A stretch of DNA of 64,000 bases. Origin: Perkinsela sp. CCAP 1560/9. Taxonomy: Eukaryota > Protista > Euglenozoa: Kinetoplastea. Below the pieces are notes generated by a model. That model was not told the DNA's origin and made no database searches. It saw nothing but the letters and a program-made list of their open reading frames with translations. The stretch covers positions 930,001 to 994,000 of the forward strand of contig CBFFSA010000002.1 in the NCBI GenBank assembly GCA_965644495.1, given 5' to 3'. Positions 12,789 through 24,588 of the stretch are shown here, in pieces; within the stretch, counting starts at the first letter, position 1, and the number at the start of each line of letters is the position of its first letter. The position numbers and the translations under genes are program-made.

Positions 12789-13659
12789 GCGGTGGTTGTA
12801 AAACTACCGCTCTACACTCGATTATTGAAAAAAAAGTGAACAAAAACAGTGAAAATATAAAGGGGAACACAGTAATATAATAGAAGAAAAAAATATAAAA
12901 GTGGGCTCCGGCGGTCCAAAACTGAAAAAAAAAATTGAAAAAAATGGGGGGTCCAGGGGGGGGCATGGTCGAGCAAATTTTTTCGAAAAAATTAGTTTTC
13001 GAAAAAGAACCGCAGAAAGGGTAACCGGGGTCTTGGCGCGCATTTTCCACCCCCCTACCCGGGGGTGACCCCCCCGCGTATCCGCAGGACGGATCCGCCA
13101 AGTTCGGATTTTTTAGGAAAAAAATTTTTGAAAAAAATTTCAACTTGGCGAAAAAAATGACAAAAAAAATATTTTTCCAAAATCGTTTCCCCTATTGTAT
13201 TTTGATAGTTTGGGACCTACACTAGCTTTCTACGCAGTTGCTTTCGCAAGGTATCACTTCTAACCGTGGTGCGCCCCTGAAAATGACCCATTTTTGACTA
13301 AAAAAGGTGAAAAAGTATTTTTCGGACCTAAAGGGGCATTTTTGTGTCGAAAGAATGGTGCGGTTGGAGTCGCATTCTCTACACAATACGTTCGGTAGGC
13401 TTCCATTCATGCCTACGAGTGATTTCCCACGCGCAAATGTCGGATTTAGTGCTCTGAGAGCAAAAATACGCGAAAATGACCCCATTTTTACCCGAAATTC
13501 GGCTATTTTTGGTTATAATCTTTCCGTTTTCCAGGCTAAATTTTCTTTTTTAGGCTCTTCGTTAAACGCGGCGGTAGTTTTCAACGCGAAGCGCGCAGCA
13601 TGAGTGACTTCTAAGTTGAAAACAACCACCGCGTTTAACGAAGAGCCTAAAAAAGAATT
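12789..13659 (+). mobile_element. Family-1 hairpin-ended element, full length
   Basis: 5' hairpin GCGGTGGTTGTAAAACTACCGC; terminal ~120-bp palindrome at 13538-13659. Confidence 0.88.
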
Positions 13660-14312
13660 TTTAACTTAACCCTTAACTTAAGGGAAAGTGGGGAAAGTGG
13701 GAATAAGTTAGCTCCCATGGCCTCCAGCCTCCGGAAAATGGTGTCATGTTTTTCGAGTTGATGAACTAATTTCGAACTGACGGATTGATTCTCTCCAACA
13801 AAGGCACCGAGAAATTTGGCGGCTTTTGCTTCTGTTGAAATGCCTTGGCACTCTAGAGTACCAGGTATTGCGATGTCATTCTTCCCGGTGAACCAAACGC
13901 ATTTTTGGCATGACAGCTCTATTCTTTTCTCCTGAAGAAGTACCTTAAACCGCTGGAAAGCCGTGCTAATGAGCGCAGGATCTTTAGAAGCAAAATTTAC
14001 GTCATCGATGTATGCGTAGATATATAGTTCGGGAAATTCATGTGCCATCGTTTCCAGCAATGGCTGGAAAAACGTACAGAAGTATAACGTAGATAACGAT
14101 GAACTCTGTTATCTGCTGTGCTATTAACCATTCCATGGAGGTTGCCACTTGAACCGTAGAATAACAACTCCGAGCTCTCTGAATATTCGGTGTGAAACAG
14201 TCTTTGGAATGGTTTCATCTTGTGGAAGGCAAACATTGCTTTCGCAATGTCGCCGGGTGGGGACGTTAAAGGCATTCTTGATATCCAGAGAAAGAATTGC
14301 ATGTCCGTCACA

Positions 14313-14856
14313 CAACTCTCCCTTTCCCCCCCTTTTCTTCTACGGGTATAGTTCTCTGTGCCGCGCAGGTGTGCCATCCTAAAAAAGTGGTCCGAAGAAC
14401 TGCCCGTCACCGCCCTCATAAACCACGGGCATTGCGTGGCATGCATGCTCGACGCCAATTGGAGAACCCTAGAGGTTCCGCTGAGAGGAGAAACACGACC
14501 GTGAGCACACTGAACGTGACGACACTAAAGCTTGAGGGGGAAGACGAGTTTTCCCTTCGAAGATGCACTCGTCTTTGAATTCTCTTTCATGATAGAAAAG
14601 GGGGCCTACATTATGTGCTTACAGGAAACCAGGTATAAATTTTCCAAGGATGTTCACGAGGATGGAATTATTTATAGGAAGGTCGAATATTTGGGGCATA
14701 GGTTTCATGTATACCTTCAGTCTGTCACAGGCGCGGATTCATACAACGGCATGGCTATCGTTAGCCGAAGGATACTAGGAAATGTGTGGAAGGTGAGTGG
14801 GAATCATCTTGTTTCGACATCTTGGAGTTATAACTATTCTACGTCAAAGATATACG
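14313..14856 (+). pseudogene. RTE-like element 5' fragment (start of APE domain)
   Basis: STLNVTTLKLEGEDEFS, CLQETR and YNGMAIVS match the N-terminal APE region of ORF 29935-34095. Confidence 0.8.
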
Positions 14857-16545
14857 TCAAGTGATGTCGATCATCTTGGAATACGTGGGGAGAGACACAT
14901 CGCCTGGCCTGGTGAGCCCCCCTCCGGGACCTCGATTGCCAAGACTGTGCTCTCGTTGGGGTGCCAAAGAGGCATGCCCGCAGGAGGAGGAAAAATGTTC
15001 AACCAGGGAATTGTGCCGGTTTATTATACCTTGTCCGTGTTTGCACACGAGTGCGTGATCCCCTTCAGGACCCAGAGGGAGTTTGCATTCGTCCGAGGGA
15101 CATGGACGAGTTTCTCCGTATACATACACCCCCAACCAACATAGACACAAGGTTCGAAACTCCGCGGGTTTGAATGCATAGCCCAGGTCCTTCGATGGGG
15201 TGACGAACGCCCAACTGCTAGCCCCTTTCCCTGATTGTGATACCCATCTGGTTCGCGTTCGTGTATCAGCGGAACTGTATGCTATGTTAAACTCCCTTTC
15301 CCCTATAGCGCGGATGATATCTTTCTGACGTGGGATGATACTTTCTTCCCATTCTGGCGGGTCAAGGTCAGCGTCTAGGTCAAGGTCAGCGCCCAACGGC
15401 GGGTCAGTATCTAAAAGAGGTTCGGTGTCCGATGGCTCGCGGGCTGTATCGACCTGTGTGGAAGAGTGAATGGATGGCTTTGGGGGAAAAGAGCGATGTG
15501 ATCGGTCGAGCTTTTGGGTGGTGGGGCAAAGGAAACAACCCGTTTCGGGATCTACGTGAGTGCCTCCGGCTTTTGCGTTCACGTCGTTGACGGCAGGTGA
15601 AAAACCTTCCGCGTCCAGTGGATTCCATCCGTCCTTGCTTGCTAGTACATTTCCGATGAACGCAGACCGAAACCTCCGTGTCTCTTCAGGCGTTGGATCT
15701 GAGCGCGGGCAGGGGCGTTCAGTGGGCAAAGTATTTCCTCAGCTGTGCTCAACAGTGAATTGTCTAGATGTTCGCAAACGCGTCGTATGCATTGTGGGGG
15801 TGTTGTACGTAGGGCGTAGACCAGTTGACAAAAGCCAGCACATTGTCGTACCAGTGCCATGTCGACCTGCGGGTCCTCAATTAAACAGGAAGCAACTAAC
15901 GTATCTTCTGCTGGTTCGATCGCATTGGTCATGAGGTATTCGGCGCAGTGTTCGTGGGATCCGATAGGGCTTCCTAGGATGTCGAAATTTCCTTCTGTGT
16001 TTTGCTTGTCTTTTGGTATATCTGGGAAAAGAAATGTTTGGTGTGCAGATGAGGGTTGTGTGATCTCGCTTTTCTTGCTATTGAGGTGTAGTCCGAGGTG
16101 ATCAAGTATGTCGAGAGCTTTTCCTACTTCTTCTTCTTTCCCTATAAAAACTCCACCGTCTAAATACCATAGGTTTAGAAGAAGTTCCGTGTACGACTGA
16201 ATTTGTTTGGTAACCTCCAACATAACTAAGGAAAAGGGAAGAGGACCGAGGGGATCGCCCTGTTGTACCCCTTCCGCGGACGGTACGAAACGGTGCCCGT
16301 AAGTTAAGCTACTGGTTTCGACGTAGCACCATTCAACCCATCTAGACAATTCCGGGAAGTGCTCTCTGGTGAGACTGATGAATGCGTCACGGCTAACGTA
16401 GCACCATTCTACCCATCTAGACAATTCCGGGAAGTGCTCTCTGGTGAGACTGATGCATGCGTCACGGCTAACGTTGTTAAATGCGTTGGGCAAATCAACT
16501 TTGAATAAAACTATATCGGAATTTGTTGTGTTAGTGTCCATTGTA
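14857..16545 (-). pseudogene. CRE-like RT-RLE relic related to 42297-45972
   Basis: VDLPNAFN, GVQQGDPLGP, WYLDG (degenerate YLDD), ILGSPIG, HALVC..RHN, RPGD; internal 75-bp tandem duplication; frameshift near 15650. Confidence 0.88.
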
Positions 16546-19506
16546 GGTCTCTGATTGTGCTTCTGCACAATAACCAGGACCCGACACAACACACTAAACG
16601 GGGATCCATCACCGTTCCGTACAATGAAACACTCACTGCTTGCGTAAGATGCAATACATGTGTAGTTTTCATTGGGAGCGAAGGTCCCGGCATAAAAATT
16701 ATGCAATATCTCATAAAATATATGAGCAAGGACATTGGTCCACCTGTGTACATTATACCAGCACTTCGCGCAGCCAATGACCACCTTCAAATGGGTCTGA
16801 ATTCAGAGCACAGAGTGCAAACTGACATTCCGATGGCACGCTTAGTTCTACAGAAATTGTCGAACATGACACATCGAAAGATAGAAGTTTCAACCGAAAT
16901 GGCAACTGCCTTTTGTCTCGGCCAATCCTCCGAGTATATGAGCCATAACTTCACATGGATCAATATGAACCGTGTAATGAAGTTCCTGGCAAATATCTCA
17001 AGTGAGTCAGATCACAGAGATCTAGAAATCAGTGACGATGATTCGTCACAAGACTCTGATATGGAGTTCGACGACGGTATCTTAGAGGCTCCTCTAATGA
17101 TCACCGAATATGATTGTGCAGTTCTTGCACCACTCCATGTGCGTTACATTCACAGGGGCGAAGATCTTCAAGACCTTGACCTGTATTCCTATGCAGGCAT
17201 TGTCAGCGTAAAGAAGAAAAGAGCTGAACTAGCTCAAGAAGAGCCCGATCATGATTCAGATTTTGAGTCAGGGACAAATCGAAGACGTCGTCGCGGACGT
17301 CGTGCTAATGGGAGATACGCCTTTGAGGACATTGAAGGCCTCCCGGAATTTGAGCCTGGAGATATTGTTGAGCAACAGGTGCGCTCTTTGCACACTGTGC
17401 CAGCTATACCAGGTTTTCCCATATTGAGTTCTTCAAAAGAACCTGGGGCACGAGCTCGAAGCCATCTTCGAGTAGCGAAACACATGGTGGCATTGTTTTC
17501 CCCATGGACGAAAGGCTCACCGAGCCATGAAATGACCCTAGAAGGGTTTGAAAAGCTTCTCAATGAAGCGAAAATAAATACGCCTGGAAAGTATGACATA
17601 ATGTGCAACTTTCTTCGGCTTTTACATGCTTCGAAGAATACAGAGAACGCGGCAGATTTGTATCGACGCAAAGATGCTTGCACTCTGGAAGAAGCAAGAT
17701 TAGCACGCAACATTGCGTACGAAAATGAGCTTGAAGTGCGAGAGGTTGAACCTCATCTTCAAGATGCTCTTGAAGCACAGCAGAACACTGCAGTGGTTAA
17801 TGAAGAGCGATTGGTTCAGCAGAATGCATACTGCGAACTACAAACGCGAGCTTTAACGGCCGCGTTAGGAGGTTCTACTGAGAACTCCTCTGAAGAAAAT
17901 GTTGATCTTGCATCGACAATGACAAGGACGAGGTCCAATATTTCAGTCATAAATGCGCGAGAGCGCTATGCTGAAATAATCCAAAACGAACGATTTGCAA
18001 CTTCGGCTCAATCTGAGCCAAGTGCACCAGTTGACAGAGCTCATTTTAATGAGGATCGTCCACTGGCTCGCAGTAATCAATACGAAGAGATTACGTTCGA
18101 TCGCAGCTACATATTGCGCGAAGACAACAATTCCATTGAACTGAACCAAGCACAGAAACAGTGCGTAAATCAAATTGAAGATTTACTAAACGGGAAACTA
18201 GACCCCGAGCGGAAATGTATGTTTCTGCTCGGTGGCCCCGGAACCGGGAAAAGTCTAGTTTCCCGTTTCATAATGCAAGAACTGGGAAGCCAATGTATTG
18301 CAATGGCGCCCACTGGGATCGCCGCATCAGTACTGCACTGTTGCACAATACACGCTTCCCTCTGCATACCGATAGGGGCTACTGCAAGAAATTTCAAACA
18401 TCTTTCAAGCAGTAGCCTTCTACCATACCAACAAAGGTATGAGACATGTCGATTAATCATAGTCGACGAAGTGTCAATGATCAGCAAGTGTTTCTTTGCC
18501 TGTATCAACACTAGGCTGCAGCAAATCAAAGGAAATGAGCAGCTTCCCTATGGAGGCATCAACATGCTCTTTGTTGGAGATTTTTATCAGCTGAGACCAG
18601 TACAAGGAGCGTCTCTTACCATAGAAGATAGCTCTCCTGGTAATAATCCCATTTTTGAGAATATTTTTCAAGTCTCGTATGTGTTTGAACTCAAACAGCA
18701 AATGCGAGCACGACAAGATACTGTATTTTCAGATATCTTGCGTGTTCTTCGAAAAGCTCCCAATGAGGGGTTGAAGAAGTTCATCCAATTGGTAAAACCT
18801 CTTACCTCTGAGGACCAAGAAAAGTTCCGCAATGCAATTGTCATTGTTGGAACAAATATTGAACGGCACAAGATTAATGTAGCAATGGCAAGAAATTTTG
18901 CCAGACGTCACAATTGCCCATTGTTCGCATGGACAGGCGATAACGTCCAAGGTAAACTCATTGACATACACCCTGAAGCATTTTCTGTATTTGTAAAAGG
19001 AGCACCCGGTGTAATCACCGAGAACATTGCTCCTTATACAATGAAAATTGCGGATGGGACAGTGATTGAAATGAGAGACCTTGTGTCAGACGATTTGTCA
19101 TACGACACTATTGATGGTGTTCGTTATCTACGAAAAGCCCCTTCTTTTATGCAATGCATTGAGAAGGGGTCAGGTGTAGAATTTTACGCCAAAAAGGCGC
19201 AGCACCATGATAAGGCTTCCCAAGGAAACTTTCAAGTGAAACTGGGGTTTGCCTATACGTATCACAAAGTACAAGGTATCACCGTGAAGAACGGTGTTAT
19301 TCTTGACTTGAATGATAAGGCGTGGTCCAAGAGACCGGAACTCGCCAGTAGCAATATCCAGGGCACAATGCCTCGATGATATTCGAGTGCTCCCTGGCAT
19401 GGGCACAGATCGCCCAGGAACACACCTGACTTCAGGTTACCATAGGCCTAAATTTTCGGCCATGGAAAAAGCAAATCGGCTTACCGATTTGACTTATCAA
19501 TTCTAA
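16546..19506 (+). pseudogene. Helitron Rep/PIF1-helicase (copy B), 5'-truncated, frameshifted near the 3' end
   Basis: YLIKYMSK; GGPGTGKS, IVDEVSM, GDFYQLRPV, QMR, TYHKVQG; the motif-VI-like VAISR lies in the shifted frame 19312-19506. Confidence 0.9.
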
Positions 19507-19546
19507 GAAATTAGATTGAAACGATCTTCTTAGGAAGACCTCTCTA

Positions 19547-19619
19547 GGGGGGAAGCACGCTTGATACCGGTCACAAGCCCGGCGTCTTCAGCTTCGGCAG
19601 AAGAAGTGCGAGTGACCCC
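19547..19619 (+). ncRNA. Twister ribozyme (type P1) fold
   Basis: GGGG-gG^AA-GCAC-GC-UUGAU-A-CCGG-U-CAC-AA-GC-CCGG-[P5 hairpin with UUCG loop]-A-GUGC-GA-GUG-A-CCCC. P1, P2, P4 and both pseudoknots pair. Confidence 0.82.
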
Positions 19620-19712
19620 AACGCTCACGCGCCATCTACCAAAAAAAATGTCTCCATCATAGCTGCAGAATTACGCTCCGTCAAAATTGCTTTCAAATTT
19701 TTTTATCGAAAT

Positions 19713-19912
19713 TTCAGAAGCTTGTTTCCTTCAAAAGCACCCACCGCGGCAGCGGGCCTGTACCCTCTCGAAGGGCGCTCCGGGAGGGCACTTCAAAAAA
19801 AGATATCAGAAGCTTGTTTCCTTCAAAATTACATGTCACGAGGTAAAGCACTCCCCGCGGCAGCGGGTCTGCACCCTCTCGAAGGGCCCTCCGGGCAGGC
19901 CCTTCAAAAACA
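19713..19912 (+). repeat. Two imperfect ~95-bp direct repeats
   Basis: CAGAAGCTTGTTTCCTTCAAAA...CCCTCTCGAAGGGC..CTTCAAAAA occurs twice. Confidence 0.75.
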
Positions 19913-19997
19913 AGACTTCTACGTTCATGTATTGCTTTTTAAGTTGAATGTTTCTAGACTCAGCTTGATTTTTTTGAAAACTTTCTTTGAAATTACT

Positions 19998-20328
19998 ATG
20001 GCCTCGGCGGAGAATCAATCAACCAATGGTAACGACATTTCCGACAAGGAAAGGGATACAAAGCGCAAAAGAGATGATTACTTAGAATCTCTACACGTTT
20101 TGCGCTCTGCGCGCGGAGCGTGACGAGCGCTCAATCACAATAGAACACCTTCCCTCCTCTACGACTAAAGAGGACCTTACCAAGCATTACGCTTCGTATG
20201 GTGAAATCGATTGTATAACAATCGTATCAAAAAAGTGACTGGCGCACGTGTGTTTTAGCACTACGGAAGAAGCGAAGCGCGCATCGAGCATTTACTTCAA
20301 AGGGAAAAGAAGAGAAACGGATACTTAA
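19998..20328 (+). pseudogene. RRM-domain ORF, disrupted copy
   Basis: Homologous to 48621-48950, with a small deletion and a TGA. Confidence 0.75.
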
Positions 20329-21002
20329 ATTTCTGAATAAGTGTGTAAGAAGACGTTTGAAAGTGAAAGTTGGTTTAAAATTTTGAAGTCATGATTCGAA
20401 GGTTAGCGAAGGAAAGAAAACACTTTTCTTTCGAGAAATTTTCGGCTTAAATTCGTCCACAGCACCGTTTTTTTACGATTCATCGCATCAAAGTTTTTCT
20501 GTGGTTTTACTTTGTGTCTCGGAAACCCTCTGTAAGTATTCGTAACTTTGCATTTTCTAAACTCAAATAAATACAATTGAAACCAAATTTGTTAAAAAAA
20601 TGTTTACATTTACATAGCAGATCTACGTTTGCAGTCATCACTTCTTCTATTTTTAGCCTGATCATTCAACAAATATGCTTTTGATGACTGAATTAGTGCA
20701 TATCCAACGTACTGTCAGAAAAGCGTTCCGACATGGCATTAACTGCACCCCTGGCGTAAACCAAATGAATCAAAACGAAGAAGTAAACCCACGAGGTAAA
20801 TCCCCCCCTTCAAAAGCCGGGGTGAATTCAAGTGCTTTTCAAAAAAAGAGGTCTCCACCCTGCTTCGTTCAAAATCGTGCGAACCGAAGGAAAACACATG
20901 TGAGCGGAAATATGGAAAAACAACCCTATTTTTGCCCAACTATCGGCTCTTTTTGGACCAAATCCAGAATTATCCCTCTGGTTTCTTTTACTCTCCTGTC
21001 AA

Positions 21003-21694
21003 ATTTTTCTTTTCTAAGCTCTTCGTTAAACGCGGTAAAGGAAAAAAATATAAAAGGGGGATCCGGTGGTCCAAAATTGAAAACAAAAATTGAAAAAAAT
21101 GGGGGGTCTATGGGGGGGGGGCATACCCTACCAGGGGGTGACCCCCCCTCGTATCCGCAAGACGAGTCCGTCAAGTTCCGATTTTTTCGGAAAAAACAAT
21201 TTGAAAAAATTTTCAAATTGACGAAAAAATTGGTAAAAAGAATATTTTTCCAAAGTTGTTTCGCCTATTGTATTTTTATAGTTTGGGACCTATTCTAGCT
21301 TTTTACGTCATTGGTTTTGCGAGGTGTCGCTTCTTGAAGCCGTGGTACGCCTCCCAAAATGTCCCATTTTTGATCAAAAAATGCGAAAAAGTAATTTTTG
21401 GACGCCAAGAGGTCTTTTTGAGTCGTACGAATCGTGTGGTTGGAGTCGCATTCTCGACTTTAGTGCTCTATATACAAAAATCACCCCATTTTTACCTACC
21501 TTTCCATTTTTACCTACCTCTTTCTACCATTTTTGGCTCAAATCCTTCCGTTTTCTTCCCCGTCCCTGGCCAATTTTCTTTTTTAGGCTTTTCGTTAAAC
21601 GCGGCGGGAGTTTTCAACGCGAAGCGCGCAGCATGAGTGACTTCTAAGTTGAAAACAACCACCGCGTTTAACGAAGAGCCTAAAAAAGAAAATT
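21003..21694 (+). mobile_element. Family-1 element, diverged and rearranged
   Basis: Internal homology to the family plus the terminal palindrome at 21572-21694. Confidence 0.8.
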
Positions 21695-21701
21695 ATTTAT
21701 T

Positions 21702-22785
21702 GCGGTGGTTGTATAACTACCGATCTACCCTCGATTGCGGTGGTTGTAAAACTACCGCTCTACACTCGATTATTGAAAAAAAATTGAACAAAAACAGTGA
21801 AAATATAAAGGGGAACACAGTAATATAATAGAAGAAAAAAATATAAAAGGGGGCTCCGGTGGAGTAAAACTGAAAAAAAAAATTGAAAAAAATGGTGGGT
21901 CCATGCGGGGGGTCCACGGATGGGGTCCAGGGGGGGGTCCAGGGGGGGGTCCAGGGGGGGGGTCCAGGGGGGGAACCAGGGGGGTCATGGTCCATGGAGG
22001 GGGTCCAGGGGGGGGTCCAGGGGGGGGGTCCAGGGGGGGGTCCAGGGGGGGGTCCAGGGGGGGGTCCAGGGGGGGGGACCAGGGGTCATGGTCGAGCAAA
22101 TTTTTTCGAAAAAATTAGATTTCGAAAAAAAACCGCAGAAAGGGCAGCCGGGGTCTTGGCGCGCATTTTCCACCCCCCTACCCCGGGGTGCCCCCCCCGC
22201 GTATCCGCAGGATGGGTCCGCCAAGTTCGGATTTTTTCGGAAAAAAAATTTTGAAAAAAATTTCAACTTGGCTAAAAAAATGGTAAAAAAAATATTTTTC
22301 CAAAATCGTTTCCCCTATTGTATTGTGATAGTTTGGGACCTACACTAGCTTTCTCCGCAGTAGTGTTCGCAAGGTATCCCTTCTTCGAACCGTGGTGCGC
22401 CCCTCAAAATGACCCATTTTTGACTAAAAAAGGTGAAAAAGTATTTTTCGGACCTAAAGGGGCATTTTTGTGTCGAAAGAATGGTATGGTTTGAGTCGCA
22501 TTCTCTACCCAATACGTTCGGTAGGCTTCCATTCATACCTACGAGTGATTTCCCACGCGCAAATGTCGGATTTAGTGCTCTGAGAGCAAAAGTACGCGAA
22601 AATCACCCCATTTTTACCAAAATTCGGCTATTTTTGGCTATAATCTTTCCGTTTTCCAGGCTAAATTTTCTTTTTTAGGCTCTTCATTAAACGCGGCGGT
22701 AGCTTTCAACGCGAAGCGCGCAGCATGAGTGACTTCTAAGTTGAAAACAACCACCGCGTTTAACGAAGAGCCTAAAAAAGAAAAT
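21702..22785 (+). mobile_element. Family-1 element, full length, with long (GGGGGGGTCCA)n array
   Basis: Duplicated 5' hairpin, VNTR at 21897-22086, palindrome at 22664-22785. Confidence 0.88.
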
Positions 22786-23477
22786 ATTATTAGCTCCCAT
22801 GGCCTCCAGCCTCCGGAAAATGGTGCCATATTTTTCGAGTTGTTGAACTAATTTCGAACTTACGGATTGATTCTCTCCAACAAAGGCACCGAGAAATTTG
22901 GCGGCTTTTGCTTCTGTTGAAATGCCTTGGCACTCTAGAGTATCAAAAAAAAAAAAAAGAGTATCAGGCATTTCTAGAGTATCAGGCATTGCGATGTTAT
23001 TCTTCCCGGTGAACCAAACGCATTTTTGGCATGACAGCTCTATTCTTTTCTCCTGAAGAAGTACCTTAAACCGCTGGAAAGCCGTGCTAATGAGCGCCGG
23101 ATCTTTAGAAGCAAAATTTACGTCATCGATGTATGCGTAGATATATAGTTCGGGAAATTCTTGTGCCATCATTTCCAGCAATGGCTGGAAAAACATACAG
23201 AAGTATAACGTAGATAACGATGAACCCTGTCGGACCACTAATGTGCTATTAACCATACAGTCTTTGGAATGGTTTCATCGTGTGGAAGGCAAACATTGCT
23301 TTCGCAATGTCGTCGCGGGTGGGGGCCTTCAAGGCATTCTTGACATCCAGAGAAAGAATTGCGTGTCCGTCATTGTACAAAGCGTGTAGTTTATGGACCA
23401 CTTGTTCACATCCTCCGTTCATCATTACGCCGTGTTGCATTGGCTTACAACTTTCCTTGCACGTAGTCTAACGGTTA

Positions 23478-23549
23478 GCGCACGTAGTCTAACGGTTAGG
23501 ATGCTTGCCTTCCAAGCACGCGGACCGGGTTCGACTCCCGGCGTGCGCG
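23478..23549 (+). tRNA. tRNA-Gly(TCC)
   Basis: Acceptor stem GCGCACG/CGTGCGC; T arm CCGGG-TTCGACT-CCCGG; anticodon loop CT-TCC-AA (one stem mismatch); followed by TTTT. Confidence 0.88.
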
Positions 23550-23557
23550 TTTTGCAA

Positions 23558-24333
23558 GCGGAGGTGGCGGAGTGGCAAGAATTCAAAGTTTGAAGCACAT
23601 GTTGCTCAGACGGCGAGTTCAAACCCGCTCATCGCAATATTCCTGGCGGCCTCACTCTAAGAGGCTGGGCTGAGAACCGACTAGGCCCAGTACTCGGAGG
23701 ACCGTCCCGGACCATGCCCTCAGGGAACTAGCACCCCTTACCCGGCTTACGAAATCCAAAAATCCAAATCATTCCGGATTGCTCCGGATGGTCACTGGCA
23801 AGCCAGAACCTTCACAGACAGATTTGGAAGTTCCGAGGCCGACGTCCTCTACCAGTTTCCGCTTGTCCAAGGCGACACCAACGTGCTGTTGCCAACACGC
23901 TGCGTCGACGAACTGTACGTCAACACGGCTTACCCAAGGGGTGTAAGCCGTGTAAGGGAGCTTGTTCCCTGAGGAGAGGGTCCGGGACGGTCCTCCGAGT
24001 ACTGGGCCTAGTCGGTTCTCAGCCCAGCCTCTTAGAGCGAGGCCGCCGAGAATATTGCGATGAGCGGGTTTGAACTCGCCGTCTGAGCACCATGTGCTTC
24101 AAACTTTGAATTCTTGCCACTCCGCCACCTCCGCCCGGCTTACGCCTCTTGGGTGTGCCGTGTTGACGTACAGTTCGTCGACGCAGCGTGTTGGCAACAT
24201 CACGTTGGTGCCGCCTTGGGCAAGCGGAAACTGGTAGAGGACGTCGGCCTCGGAACTTCCAAATCTGTCTGTGAAGGGTCTGGCTTGCCAGTGACCATCC
24301 GGAGCAATCCGGAATGATTTTGATTTTTTTTTT
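23558..24333 (+). mobile_element. SINE A (+), split by a nested antisense SINE A
   Basis: 5' half 23558-23751 and 3' half 24135-24333; TSD CCGGCTTACG. Confidence 0.85.
23752..24134 (-). mobile_element. SINE A (-), nested, with 10-bp TSD
   Basis: CCGGCTTACG at 23742-23751 and 24135-24144. Confidence 0.85.
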
Positions 24334-24588
24334 GACTCGAAGAGACTTTCTAGAGTTCCTTCGTCGCGTTGTAGCAGAACAAGGCCAGCAAGTTTTAGGA
24401 GGATTTCTCCTATCGCACTAGGCCGTACGCGACCTTCGGCTTTGGGGGGGCAACAAGTCGAGCGCGTCGCAGGCGTGTCATGAGCTGTTTGGACAGACAC
24501 CCATTGATTAAATCGAGAATCATGTGGCTTAAGTATATGCAACAGACTTCCATCCGCAATACTTCTTGACAATTCCTCCCCTTTTGAT

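Larger units (their letters stand above)
10854..14312 (-). pseudogene. CRE-like RT-RLE retrotransposon relic (family B), interrupted by family-1 elements
   Basis: LSLDIKNAFN, YAYIDD, FLGAFVG; CPGC..H..C, KHNALVR, EP..PDL..DLTV in ORF 10854-11663. Confidence 0.85.

Noticed and set aside
13660-13707. Telomere-like TTAACCCTTAA/TTAAGGG
   Set aside because: Only one or two imperfect units.
15642-16790. N-terminal part of the 382-aa ORF
   Set aside because: Residues encoded above ~16545 are the antisense of Helitron B; chance read-through at a junction.
21717-22348. Gly- or Pro-rich ORFs here and at 12064-12467 and 39184-39585
   Set aside because: Translations of the G-rich VNTR in a non-coding element.
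23558-23637. SINE heads as functional tRNAs (also 24589-24660)
   Set aside because: A and B boxes are present but the cloverleaf stems do not close.
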